Positions 1-10,250 of a stretch of 64,000 nucleotides of DNA are shown piece after piece. A model generated the notes under the pieces. That model saw only the letters and a list, made by a program, of their open reading frames with translations, was not told the origin of the DNA and did not search any database. The stretch covers positions 1-64,000 of the forward strand of contig DXJO01000027.1 in the NCBI GenBank assembly GCA_019057475.1, read 5' to 3'. Within the stretch, counting starts at the first letter, position 1. Each line of letters begins with the position of its first letter. The DNA is from Candidatus Thorarchaeota archaeon. Its GTDB lineage: Archaea; Asgardarchaeota; Thorarchaeia; Thorarchaeales; Thorarchaeaceae. The position numbers and the translations under genes are program-made.

Positions 1-1157
1 GCTGAATCTGCGACTAGTTTCACGTCCTCTCCACAGGCGTTTTCTGTTTCCGTCCAACTGGCGGCGACCAAATTACATGCAGCGTTCAGATCGCGGTCCA
101 TCTCCAACCCGCACTCATCACAGACGTAGACTCTGTCTGATAGGGTCAGGTCGCTCTTGATATTCCCGCAGACTGAACATCTCTTCGATGACGGGTAGAA
201 TCTTGGGGCTACAACAAGCTCAGAACCGTACCACTCACACTTGTACTCCAGTTGCCTTCTGAACTCGTAGAACCCCACATCAGCAATCACTCGGGACACT
301 CTCCTGTTCCTCAGCATCCCTGAGACACACAGGCCCTCAATCACTATCTGACTGTGGTTCTTGGCCAGATATGTCGTGATCTTGTGCAGTGTGTCTTGTC
401 GGATGTTGAAGACTCTTAGATGGAGTCTAGCAAGTCCAAGTCTTGCCCGCTCCCTGTTCTTGCTCCCTCTCTTCTTTCGTGATAGGCTTTTGGATAGTCG
501 CCTCAGCTTTCTCAGTCTCTTCTCCAGGACACGCGGATTGGAATACATAGTTCCATCGGAGAGTGTGGCCAGAGTCTTGACACCAAGGTCCACACCAACA
601 GGTCCACCACTTGGAGGTTCAGGGCTACCTATCTCCATCTCAACAGTCACTGACACATACCATCTATCAGCTCTTCTGGTCACAGTGGCCGACAGGACCC
701 TTCCTTTGAAGTAACCCTCTCTCTTCTCCTTGAACCTGATTCTTCCTAGTCGGGGTAGTTGAATCATTCGACCAACAAATCGGATGGTGCCAGTGAGCCT
801 GAAACTGTCATGAACACCCCGCTTCTTGAACCTGGGAAATCCCACTCTCTTCCCGCACTTCAGTCCCCGATAGAAGTTCTTGAAGGCGCGTTCAAGGTCT
901 CTCAGGGCCTCCTGTGGGGCACACTTGGATACCTCGTACATCCATGGGAAGGCCATTCTCTTTAATCGGTTCAGTTCCCTGTGTTGTGCAATCGCACTGG
1001 TAAAACGCTTCTTGTCCTGACTCTGACGGTAGAGTGCAATTCTTTGCTGCAGGCCCCAGTTGTAAGCAAAACGCGCACACCCGGCATGTCGAGAGAGCCT
1101 AGTCCTCTGCTGGTTGTTTGGGTCCAGTTCATATTTGAAGGCCCTAGCAATCAGCAT
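1..1157 (-). mobile_element. tnpB: IS200/IS605-family TnpB RNA-guided endonuclease (3' end runs off the window start); no tnpA adjacent upstream
   Basis: Manual translation from ATG 1157 (absent from the ORF track because there is no stop in the window): MLIARAFKYELDPNNQQ..HAGCARFAYNWGL..GFPRFKK..GVDLGVKTLATLSDG (RuvC-I)..IVIEGL (RuvC-II)..YPSSKRCSVCG..CDECG..DRDLNAACNL (RuvC-III). Confidence 0.95.
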
Positions 1158-1301
1158 GGAACATCCACACCACTCAATCCTGAGCAGTATGTTATAACCA
1201 CCTACAAAATGTCCAAGATTGCACAAGTTATTGGCAGCTGTTGCATACCCCTTTTTAGATGGAATCAGGTGACCATATGGAATTTCGTCGTTGGAGATCG
1301 G

Positions 1302-4300
1302 CTAGAGGTCAGCCGGTTCACTCTCAAAGGATTCGTCGTCGCCTTCTAGAGGACCGTTGTTCTCCATTTGAGGGTCGATACTCTCAAGGATGCCGTTTTC
1401 AATTGCATCGATGATCTGCTGGTAGATATTCCCTTCTTGGATCCCGCACATGGACATGCCATCAGCAAGCGAATCCAGTCCGAATCCATCTTCAGGAGGA
1501 TACGTCTCAATGTATGTCTGAAGACACTTCTGGTTTCGTGGGTAGGGAGCATCCTTCTTGACCCTGTATTGGCGAAGCAGGGCACCATCCATAACGTCAT
1601 CGAAGAGAGAGTCAAGCAGCCCGTAAACCGCATCATCTATGACTTCCCGGGGTGGGGCCGCCATGGTTTCGTCAAACATCTCGCCGACGGCTCGAGCATA
1701 CCTAACCATCCGGTCCTCCAGAGTCATTGTGGGTTTCACACCGACTATGAAGGCACATAGTAGATTCCTTGTGGGAACAATGCTGATGATGTCTGATATT
1801 GGAACGACGCCGAATTCCCAGTGCGGTGCCTCCACCTCAAATTCAGTCCTGAAATGAGTAATTGCTGTGATGAAGGCGGACATAAGCGCTTCGTCAAATC
1901 CGCCTTTCAGAATCTTGGAGTATACGGCTAGGCCGCTTGCCTTATGGATAACTATTATCCCGAGGATTCCACGGATGTCCTCGAACCGCCGCTTTACAGC
2001 AAGTATCGCAATGGCTTTCTTCCTCCTGTTGGCCCGATACATGCGTCGGCCAATAACGAGGGAAACAAGAGCAACAATGACAAAGGCAGCCTGCGGCACA
2101 ACGGTCTGGACAAATACCTGCACTTCATAGCCTGGAGGCATGTATTCGTAGACGTTAACCTGATATCCCTGATTCAGTACCTGGTGATTTTCTTTCGATA
2201 CCGAAATCTTGATGCTATACAGTTGATTGCCTGTCCATGGCACCCGGGTCTGGGATATCGTTGCTATGTAGGTGCCTTTTGAATCTGGGTCCTCCGTCAT
2301 CACGCCGATGTGCAGGTCTACCCCGCCTTGTGTGATAGTATAATTGACGAAAGCGTCCGAAACGGGCGTACCGGTGACATCCAGAAGGGCGAGGCTGAAG
2401 GTAAGATCTGAAGTAACCATCCAAGTTGGAGCGGCCATTTCAATCGTCAAGGGGATTCTGTTAACTTGGAACGCGACTGGCTGATTGACCATCTGATAAC
2501 CGTACTTCGCAAAGATCACGTTAAACGAAAACGTCCCAGTTTGATTCGCCTCAATAGTGATGCTGTAGTTACCGTCCCCGATTGGGGTGAATGACACCCA
2601 ATCTGGGTCAATGCCGGAGAAGCTAACGTCTGCATCAATAACCCCAGCTCCGCCTTCAATGCTATAGGCGAAAACATAGCTGGAGATATTGCCGATGTAG
2701 ACCGACGACAGGATGACTGGCACATCAAGGAAAGTCGGGTTTTCAGTAACGAACAAGACAAATTGAACAAATCCTGTTTGATGGTTCGCTTTCTGAGCAG
2801 TAATAGTTAGTTCCCATCGTCCCAGCTCATCAGCCTCGATTCGCAAGATGTAACCGTCACCATAGGGTTCGGCAGTCCAATTCAATGTTTCAATAGACGT
2901 GAACTCGACTTGGATTGAGGCCGAACTGACGTTAAGGCATTCCAATGTATTCTCATAATACATCTCAATCTCATAGACTGTCCCAAACACAACCGAAGCA
3001 GATGAACTACCTGAGGCTGTGTACAGGTCGGTATCGATTAGCGTCACGGATAAAATGACTGGCTGATTGATCATCTGATAACCGTATTTCGCAAAGATCA
3101 CGTCGAAAGAAAACGTTCCAGTTTGATTCGCCTTAAAGGTGATGTTGTAGTTACCATCCCCGATTGGGGTGAATGACACCCAATCTGGGTCAATACCTGA
3201 AAAACTAACGTCTGCGTCAACAACCCCAGCTCCGCCTTCAATGCGATAGGTGAAAACATAGCTGGAGATATCGTCGATGTAGACCGACGGAGGGATGACT
3301 GGGACATCAAGGAGAGTCGGGTTTTCAGTGACGAATAAGACAAATTGAATCACACCTGTTTGATGTAACGCTTTCTGAGCAGTGATAGTTAATTCCCATC
3401 GTCCCAGCTCATCAGCCGCGATTCGCAAGATGTAGCCCTCACCATAGGGTTCGACGGTCCAATTCAATGTTTCAATGGACGTAAACTCGACTTGTAGTAA
3501 TGCCAAACTTATATTCGCGGGAGTTTCATCTATTCGTTCATAAAACACCAGTATCTCGAAAAGCTGTGAAAATTCAATGGATGCCGAGGCAGCTCCACTA
3601 GCAACTCGGGATTGTGTTGGTATGTTTATCACTGTTAGAATGAATGCTGTTGTAGCGTTATTGTGATTTATTGCATGTGCATTGAAAACAATCTGATAAC
3701 TTCCAGGTAAACTTGAAGTCACTTCTATCGAGTACAATCCTCCGCCTAAGGGAGTGACTGTAGAGAAAAACAAGTCGGCAGGTGGATTAAGTGGCGAAAT
3801 CGTTGCATTATCTAGACCACCATAAATTTCGCTGCTGAAGTTTAATGTCACAATAGAATACTGGTCAACAGAAATGACCTCTATAGAAACATCTGCAATC
3901 AAATGTGATTGAATTGTTGTCGCAGTCAATGTGAATGATACGAACTGTGTTCGGTGATCGGTAAGAGAGGCATTAATGAGTAGAGTATATGTTGCGGTTT
4001 CTGTTGGGGTTAGGATGATTGAGAAGTATCCATTACCCTCATAGGTAGCGGTTGTATAATTCAGACCGGTTTCGGGAGTTGTGCTCTCCACGCTTACACT
4101 TGCTGTGTCAAGACCAAAGCCACTACTATTCGTATACTGAACCACTAACCGAAATTGCTCACCATATCTGATTATAGCTGCAGTCCCATTCTCAAGAGTT
4201 AGACTAGTGGAAATCTCACCCACAAAGATGAATAAAGCACCCTGACTTTCTTCGTAATAGTCCTTCGAGGCCGAGATTGTGATTGCATAACTACCTGAGT

Positions 4301-6530
4301 GGACAGCTGAAAATTCGATTGAGTAATCGCCGCCCCCTATATCAATCAGTTCAGCCCATATGATACCATCTGTTGGACCGGTGAAATCAATGCTCACATT
4401 TGCACCAGAGATTCCGGCCTCATAAGCATCCAAATAGCTGAAAGTCGCGAGATGGGTATCACCAAGACCAATCTCTGCAGTTGGATTGTCAATCGTTATG
4501 TCATTATCTGTAAAGCTAATTGTCAAGAAGAATTCGCAAGATACATCATCGAAGAAGGGTCTGCTCACATTGACTACAACAAGATGGTTACCAGGCCCAA
4601 TTAAGGAGGTATCGAATGTGCCTACCCACCAGTTATGTATTGAATCTGGTATAAAATTGACTGTTGTCACGGACCAATTTGCAGTTACGGAGGCGACTGG
4701 ATCCATCAAGAATTCGTTATTCTCTGAGTCTTGGTAATAAACGAAATTCGACACACTCAGACCACCTTCTGCGTGAATAACACTTTCATGGGGAGCCAGA
4801 CTAGCTCCATGATGGATCTCAAAGATCACATTGCCGAATGCCAATTCTGTACCGTTTGTCCAAGACACTTGCACTTGCCAGATGCCAGCTGTCGTATTTA
4901 GTGGGCCAAACTCCAACTGACTACCATTTATAATTCCGTTACTTCCTCCACTTATTGACTCAGAGAACCATTCTGTACCATTTGGCATGAACCATGATAT
5001 GTTAACATTCTGAGGTGCGTTTGGAATTGGAACAGATTCTCCAATTTCAATGAACGGCTTTGTAATGTTTGTGCTTCTAAACACAGTAGCGGGGAACCAA
5101 GTCAGTGTTGGTTCATTCAGCTTTAGAGTCTGAATGCTTCGGACATAGTTTGGAGATTCCAATCTAATTTCCCACCATCCCAACGTATAGAGAATCGCAT
5201 TAGGAATTGTGATAGTGCCCGAGTCAATAATACAAGATGAAGTAACTATTGTGCCAAATGGATTATAGACCGTGATGTTCTCCCAATCCACTGGATGGCT
5301 AATGATTAATGTAAAGTCATCTATATCAGGGAGCACACCAAGAAACGTGTAGAGTGTTAGCATACTACCTCCATTTAGTTGTGATGAGAAATGGACTCCA
5401 CCATCAGATTGGTTAGGCGATTGTGTTGAATTGAGATAGTGACTGCTCAACATTGTGCCAGTGTAATCAAACGAATAGGATAGATCTGAAGTAAATTCAA
5501 TCAGCACATTTTCAGATTTCCAAAGTGATGAGTTGATTATGCTCGCTAGCCCAGTACTTGTGCCGGCGATTACTACTGATTCCCCTCCAATGTTAAAATG
5601 AATATTGGCGTCATCGAATGTTGGACTTATCTCACCAACGAGTTTCATATTATCGATACAGAATCTAATGTACTTCTTAGTATGGGACACATTCCCATCA
5701 AAATACAGTCCAATTTTGAATTCAAATTGACTTCCTATGTCAGTCAAGTCCACCAAGACATTTCCACTATTATACCACGTGGAATCAAGAAGGGTTTCCG
5801 CTGTAGTGTTCCAAATTAACGTATCATCCACTAATGCGTGAAGTGTCACGTTAGAATTGGCTAATGGACCTCTATCGTATAGAAAATCAACATTGAAAAT
5901 GAAGCTCTCTAGATACGGTGTATTGTTGACTGTCTGTGTCCAGTATACATAACTCCCATTAACATGGAAATAGTCATCACCTGAACTATAACCATTGGCT
6001 GCTACACCTAATTCTTGATTTGAATATTCAGCAAGCATCTCCATATTTGAATCAGGACTGCCACTAACTGCATCCCAACCATATGGATAGAACAACACAG
6101 AACCGACTGGGTCTTTGGTTGCTCCCTCTATGCCTTCAGACACACTCCCATTTTCAACATATAATCGATTCAAATCCCAAAGATTTACTGAGGCTTTGCT
6201 ACCTACCCAATCATTTGCCACGTCAATTGTCAAATTTGCCATGACGTTAGTCTTTGAATCAGTTTCAGCATGTAGTGAGGAAGTGGTCTTATTTCCTCTT
6301 TGCTCGATCACAACGGGATTAAGAATCCCCTGAAGTTCATCTTGGCTGGGATAGTAATCTGTATCTACGGGGTCTATTTCGAGGCTTTCATCTAACGGTC
6401 CATCAGCCGACTCTAAGTTTCTCGAAATAGCGGTTTCGTCAAATGAAGTAAGACTTCCGCTAGCGAGAACTAGGAAGACAACTGTAATTACAAATGAACC
6501 TCGTTTCACATCTACAACCTCAAAGCCCAA
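1302..6530 (-). CDS. Large single-pass surface glycoprotein (beta-rich repeats) with a cytoplasmic longin-like domain
   Basis: N-terminal hydrophobic signal, roughly 35-40 N-x-S/T sequons, repeated GxGxY-x-I beta modules, TM segment AAFVIVALVSLVIG followed by a basic stretch, then GIIVIHKASGLAVYSK..DEALMSAFITAITHFRTEF. Confidence 0.8.
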   Translation of the reverse strand: MGFEVVDVKRGSFVITVVFLVLASGSLTSFDETAISRNLESADGPLDESLEIDPVDTDYYPSQDELQGILNPVVIEQRGNKTTSSLHAETDSKTNVMANLTIDVANDWVGSKASVNLWDLNRLYVENGSVSEGIEGATKDPVGSVLFYPYGWDAVSGSPDSNMEMLAEYSNQELGVAANGYSSGDDYFHVNGSYVYWTQTVNNTPYLESFIFNVDFLYDRGPLANSNVTLHALVDDTLIWNTTAETLLDSTWYNSGNVLVDLTDIGSQFEFKIGLYFDGNVSHTKKYIRFCIDNMKLVGEISPTFDDANIHFNIGGESVVIAGTSTGLASIINSSLWKSENVLIEFTSDLSYSFDYTGTMLSSHYLNSTQSPNQSDGGVHFSSQLNGGSMLTLYTFLGVLPDIDDFTLIISHPVDWENITVYNPFGTIVTSSCIIDSGTITIPNAILYTLGWWEIRLESPNYVRSIQTLKLNEPTLTWFPATVFRSTNITKPFIEIGESVPIPNAPQNVNISWFMPNGTEWFSESISGGSNGIINGSQLEFGPLNTTAGIWQVQVSWTNGTELAFGNVIFEIHHGASLAPHESVIHAEGGLSVSNFVYYQDSENNEFLMDPVASVTANWSVTTVNFIPDSIHNWWVGTFDTSLIGPGNHLVVVNVSRPFFDDVSCEFFLTISFTDNDITIDNPTAEIGLGDTHLATFSYLDAYEAGISGANVSIDFTGPTDGIIWAELIDIGGGDYSIEFSAVHSGSYAITISASKDYYEESQGALFIFVGEISTSLTLENGTAAIIRYGEQFRLVVQYTNSSGFGLDTASVSVESTTPETGLNYTTATYEGNGYFSIILTPTETATYTLLINASLTDHRTQFVSFTLTATTIQSHLIADVSIEVISVDQYSIVTLNFSSEIYGGLDNATISPLNPPADLFFSTVTPLGGGLYSIEVTSSLPGSYQIVFNAHAINHNNATTAFILTVINIPTQSRVASGAASASIEFSQLFEILVFYERIDETPANISLALLQVEFTSIETLNWTVEPYGEGYILRIAADELGRWELTITAQKALHQTGVIQFVLFVTENPTLLDVPVIPPSVYIDDISSYVFTYRIEGGAGVVDADVSFSGIDPDWVSFTPIGDGNYNITFKANQTGTFSFDVIFAKYGYQMINQPVILSVTLIDTDLYTASGSSSASVVFGTVYEIEMYYENTLECLNVSSASIQVEFTSIETLNWTAEPYGDGYILRIEADELGRWELTITAQKANHQTGFVQFVLFVTENPTFLDVPVILSSVYIGNISSYVFAYSIEGGAGVIDADVSFSGIDPDWVSFTPIGDGNYSITIEANQTGTFSFNVIFAKYGYQMVNQPVAFQVNRIPLTIEMAAPTWMVTSDLTFSLALLDVTGTPVSDAFVNYTITQGGVDLHIGVMTEDPDSKGTYIATISQTRVPWTGNQLYSIKISVSKENHQVLNQGYQVNVYEYMPPGYEVQVFVQTVVPQAAFVIVALVSLVIGRRMYRANRRKKAIAILAVKRRFEDIRGILGIIVIHKASGLAVYSKILKGGFDEALMSAFITAITHFRTEFEVEAPHWEFGVVPISDIISIVPTRNLLCAFIVGVKPTMTLEDRMVRYARAVGEMFDETMAAPPREVIDDAVYGLLDSLFDDVMDGALLRQYRVKKDAPYPRNQKCLQTYIETYPPEDGFGLDSLADGMSMCGIQEGNIYQQIIDAIENGILESIDPQMENNGPLEGDDESFESEPADL
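2475..3494. repeat. Near-identical intragenic direct repeat, about 438-bp copies at 2475-2912 and 3057-3494 (period 582 bp = 194 aa)
   Basis: ggctgattgaccatctgataaccgtacttcgcaaagatcacg at 2479 versus ggctgattgatcatctgataaccgtatttcgcaaagatcacg at 3061; the same offset holds through ttcaatgtttcaat at 2881/3463. Confidence 0.95.
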
Positions 6531-6656
6531 AAGAAAAGAATTGGTTAATTGTTATAATTATACTTCGTATCACAGCAATGAGTAAAAAAAGTCATGATTA
6601 ACGATTAATGAATTTATATGTGAAGAAACAGCTATTGTGAATATCAATTATTTTCC

Positions 6657-7469
6657 CTATTCACCATTTGTAACAATTCTACCTTGTGCAATCACGTCAT
6701 GCTTGTGGATGCTCTCTAGGGATATCGCTTCTGCAAACATCTCCAGGTCCCTATCCTTGAACGCATCTCTCGCATGCTGGAGCGTGCTACGGCATAAATC
6801 CTCAACGAACTGTGGGTTGTCATGCATCTCCTTGGTTACATGCATCTCATCACTGAGCTTAAGGAGGGAGTATGTCTTGCTCGAGAAGGACTTCTCAATC
6901 ACCTCAATCATCTGCCCAAAGCTGGGTATCTGATTGGTCTCGCCAACAACACGCAATGCTCCAAGGGCTCTCTGCATGTGAGTAATCCCTTTGTTGTTGG
7001 CCATGCAATGAGGACACACAGTGTTGCCAATAACCTTGACCTCCACACTGTGTTTGTACGGATGTCCCGTTTCCTTTGTGGTAGCCACTGATACATCGCA
7101 GACCTCCCATGTTCTCTTCTTCGAAACCGGTGTCTTGCTTGCATAGCCGAACTCAAAGTCAAACCTAATCTCGCTGCGGCTGAAGCCATGCTTCTTAGCC
7201 AAAGCCTCTAGGTAGTGTATGTGAGCCTCTTCGACTGACTTGTAGACGCTGAACTCATCACTGATTACCTCAGTCATGGTTTCGACCAGCCGTGACATGT
7301 GGATGCCCTTGTGCATGGCAGGGAGGTCAATAGTAATTTCAACCTTCGGAATCAGGTGGTGCCTAACACCACTTCTGTCAATGATTACAAACGTCTTCAG
7401 ATTTCGTACTCCAACCTTGTTGAGCTGGATGTTGTACTTCGGTTGTTCGTCTTGTGTATCTACAACCAT
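6657..7469 (-). CDS. mptA: GTP cyclohydrolase, FolE2/MptA family
   Basis: DTQDEQP..LNKVGV, KGIHMSRL, TVCPHC, THMQR, NPQFVED, ESIHKHD motifs. Confidence 0.9.
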   Translation of the reverse strand: MVVDTQDEQPKYNIQLNKVGVRNLKTFVIIDRSGVRHHLIPKVEITIDLPAMHKGIHMSRLVETMTEVISDEFSVYKSVEEAHIHYLEALAKKHGFSRSEIRFDFEFGYASKTPVSKKRTWEVCDVSVATTKETGHPYKHSVEVKVIGNTVCPHCMANNKGITHMQRALGALRVVGETNQIPSFGQMIEVIEKSFSSKTYSLLKLSDEMHVTKEMHDNPQFVEDLCRSTLQHARDAFKDRDLEMFAEAISLESIHKHDVIAQGRIVTNGE

Positions 7470-7494
7470 TGTTCTTCACCACTGTAAGTCCAAG

Positions 7495-7953
7495 TTACAC
7501 ACGATGGTCTTCATAGCAACCAAAGGCCCCCACGTTCTCACCAACACATACTTTCAATCTGTAGCCATCTGGAAATTCTAGATGTTGGTAGATGTATTCT
7601 GCAAGCAGTTCTGCAGTAGTCGCTGTCGCAGGTAAAACTACACAATCCTCCACAGGAAAGACGTACTTCTTGTCGCCAACCGTTACATCAACGGAATCAT
7701 CTGTTTCGTGAACTTGAACCGTGCGGGACTTGCCCGGCAACAGCACCTTATGATCCAGTTGCTCGCACACCTCAAGAGCCTGCCTCTTCACATCACGGAA
7801 ATCGATGACCATTCCATACTTGTTGAGGGAGCCCTCAATGATTATCTCGACAGTGTAATTGTGACCGTGAAGATTCTCGCAGCCATCACTTCCAAGAACG
7901 AAATGCGATGAACTGAAGTGAAGCTTCTGGTCGCTAACACGAATGCTGTGCAC
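7495..7953 (-). CDS. queD: 6-carboxytetrahydropterin synthase / PTPS family
   Basis: FSSSHF, CENLHGHNY, GMVIDF, LDHKVL, TTAELLA motifs; adjacent to mptA. Confidence 0.88.
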   Translation of the reverse strand: MHSIRVSDQKLHFSSSHFVLGSDGCENLHGHNYTVEIIIEGSLNKYGMVIDFRDVKRQALEVCEQLDHKVLLPGKSRTVQVHETDDSVDVTVGDKKYVFPVEDCVVLPATATTAELLAEYIYQHLEFPDGYRLKVCVGENVGAFGCYEDHRV

Positions 7954-8036
7954 GGGAAGACCTCCAGATACTGTCCCGTTACAATCTCGTCCTCATGTAA
8001 AACTGTCGGAAGACCCCTACCATATGCATTGCGAAA

Positions 8037-9788
8037 CTATAAGCCCCTTTGGCGCTCAAAGGTTTCAATCAGTTCGCCCACGGTTGTCGCTTGCTTGGCA
8101 CTCTTATCTTCTCTCCACCTGCCCGTGAACCGCGGGAAACGTATGGCAAGACCTCCGATGTTCATTCTATCCTTTCCAGCCAAATGTGTCGGGCTTACAG
8201 TGAGCTCATCACCAAGAACCTCAATGACCTCAACAGGCTCAAACCAGACATCAGCTTTGACATCTGAAAGGACCTTGGGGTTCCGCCGTTCCAATACATG
8301 GGTTTCCAAGCGGCTCTTGAATTCCTCAAGCATCTCATCTGTGAAACCGGTTCCAATCTTGCAGACAGTGGGAAATGTATCGGTTTCTTCATCATAGGCG
8401 GAAGCGAGTATCGCCCCATAGAGTCCAGTCCGTTTTCCTCGGCCGTGAACTGCCCCTACGATGACTAAGTCAACGGAGTCAGACATTCCTTCCTTGTAGG
8501 ATGCCTTCAACTTAATCCAAAGCCAGCTTCGAGAGCCTGCTTGATAGCCTGATTTCTCGTGAACCGCTTTCGCGATTACTCCTTCATATCCCGAGTTGTG
8601 GGCCTCTATGAATATCGCGTCAAGGCGATCTGGATCTTCAGTGACCTCCCCTGTTGTCAGGGATACTCTATCAACTGATGTGACTATCTTCTCCAAGAGC
8701 TTGCGACGTTTCAACATGGAAATCGAAGACACATCTTCACCGTTAAGAAAAAGGATATCAAAGAAGAATAATGCAACCGGAACTTCTTGGCTCATAGCTT
8801 CGATACTTGTCTTCCTTCTTCTGCGCATGAGTTCTTGGAACGGTCGCATCTTCCCTGTGGACGGGTCAACAGCGACAATTTCGCCCTCAATAACGCAGGT
8901 TTCAGCTTTGATGTTCTTGCGTACAAGTTCAACCACGTCCGGATATTGCGCAGTGATTTTCTCTTGTCTTCGAGAGAAGAGCACAATCTCTTCACCATCC
9001 TTATGAACTTGAACACGCTCACCATCGTATTTGTATTCAACGAGAGCCTTTGCCCCGACCTTCTCAAGTATCTCCGTTGCGTCTGAGAGTTTCTTGGCTG
9101 ACATCATCCGGATTGGCGTTCCGACCCTTGCCTTGATCGTCTTCACAGCCTCAAGTCCATCGGTGGCGAGTACACGTGCCACGCGGCCAAGATCACTGCA
9201 CACATTGAATGCGTGTTCAAGTTCAGGTCTGGCATCCCGATCGTCTGTGAATGCAGTTGAGAGGGCATCAAGAATGCTCATGGCCCCAAGGCCCAAGCGA
9301 AGGCGTCCAGTTACTGTTCGCAGGAGATACTTCGCCTCAATAGGTTTCGCGTCCGTGAGCAGTCCGGATAGTTTCGCAATCTTCGCCCTGTTGCTCCCTT
9401 GCCCTGATATCTTCGAGATCGCATCCAAGGTCTGAAAAACGGAATTGACAGTGAGCTCCTCCGCGAGGAGCGAGGATTGCACGCTCCCTTCAAGAAGAGC
9501 TTCAGCAGCAGACCCTATGTCCCCGGTTTCAGTGAGCTTGCCTTCAACTGTGCTCTCAGAAACCGATGCGGCACTTGCGATAACTTGGATTGCCATCTTC
9601 TCGGCAATCCCAATCTCCGGCTGCTCCATCCAGTCTGGATACAGCTTCCAGACGCTGAGAGCAACAAGTCTACTGACCTCTTCTGGGCCAGCCTCTTTCA
9701 GGAGTTCTGCAAAGATGTCGATTTTCGCAAGAGACCCCGAAGTAGACTCAACAAGCTCGAATGCCTGAGCGACACGTTCGTAGAGCAC
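8037..9788 (-). CDS. lig: ATP-dependent DNA ligase (likely GTG start at 9788)
   Basis: EYKYDGERVQVH, EGEIV, EGVIAK, WIKLK, DLVIVG, IRFPRF motifs. Confidence 0.97.
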   Translation of the reverse strand: MLYERVAQAFELVESTSGSLAKIDIFAELLKEAGPEEVSRLVALSVWKLYPDWMEQPEIGIAEKMAIQVIASAASVSESTVEGKLTETGDIGSAAEALLEGSVQSSLLAEELTVNSVFQTLDAISKISGQGSNRAKIAKLSGLLTDAKPIEAKYLLRTVTGRLRLGLGAMSILDALSTAFTDDRDARPELEHAFNVCSDLGRVARVLATDGLEAVKTIKARVGTPIRMMSAKKLSDATEILEKVGAKALVEYKYDGERVQVHKDGEEIVLFSRRQEKITAQYPDVVELVRKNIKAETCVIEGEIVAVDPSTGKMRPFQELMRRRRKTSIEAMSQEVPVALFFFDILFLNGEDVSSISMLKRRKLLEKIVTSVDRVSLTTGEVTEDPDRLDAIFIEAHNSGYEGVIAKAVHEKSGYQAGSRSWLWIKLKASYKEGMSDSVDLVIVGAVHGRGKRTGLYGAILASAYDEETDTFPTVCKIGTGFTDEMLEEFKSRLETHVLERRNPKVLSDVKADVWFEPVEVIEVLGDELTVSPTHLAGKDRMNIGGLAIRFPRFTGRWREDKSAKQATTVGELIETFERQRGL

Positions 9789-9885
9789 GTCAAATTGACC
9801 CCTGATAATCAATCGGACACCGTATGCTTTATAAACACAGCCAGAAGAACTGCCGAAATTGACAACTAGATGCGGTGATTGCTAA

Positions 9886-10137
9886 TTGGGTAACATCAGA
9901 CCTAAGTACATCAAGGGTGCAGCGAGGCTTCTTCTCCATTGGTATCCAGACGAGTTCACAGTTGATTTCGAAACCAACAAGAGGCTCGTTCAGCAGTACA
10001 CTGATGCTAAGACAAAGAAGGTTCGGAACCGCATTGCAGGCTACTGTGTCACACTCGTTAAGATTCAGCATGCTCGTGATCGAGCTGAGATCGAAGAAGA
10101 GGGAGAAGTCGTTTTTGACGGCGACACCGAGATGTAG
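9886..10137 (+). CDS. rps17e: 30S ribosomal protein S17e
   Basis: MGNIRPKYIK..FTVDFETNK..TKKVRNRIAGY. Confidence 0.95.
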   Translation: MGNIRPKYIKGAARLLLHWYPDEFTVDFETNKRLVQQYTDAKTKKVRNRIAGYCVTLVKIQHARDRAEIEEEGEVVFDGDTEM

Positions 10138-10250
10138 ATTCATCTCATGATCTCATTTCTTGCGCATCCGTCCGTTTCTGATACTTGAAAATAGAAGCGA
10201 CAAAAGCCCTGTGAAAGATGTCATAAGGCTGCGATTCCACACAGCAGTCT

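Noticed and set aside
1158-1301. IS200/IS605 left-end hairpin and TAM upstream of tnpB
   Set aside because: No convincing subterminal hairpin could be identified by eye.
361-1349. Plus-strand ORFs of 117, 68 and 122 aa
   Set aside because: They are antisense shadows of tnpB.
2475-3494. Diversity-generating retroelement template/variable repeat pair
   Set aside because: Both copies are in frame within one gene, the mismatches are not adenine-specific, and there is no reverse transcriptase in the window.
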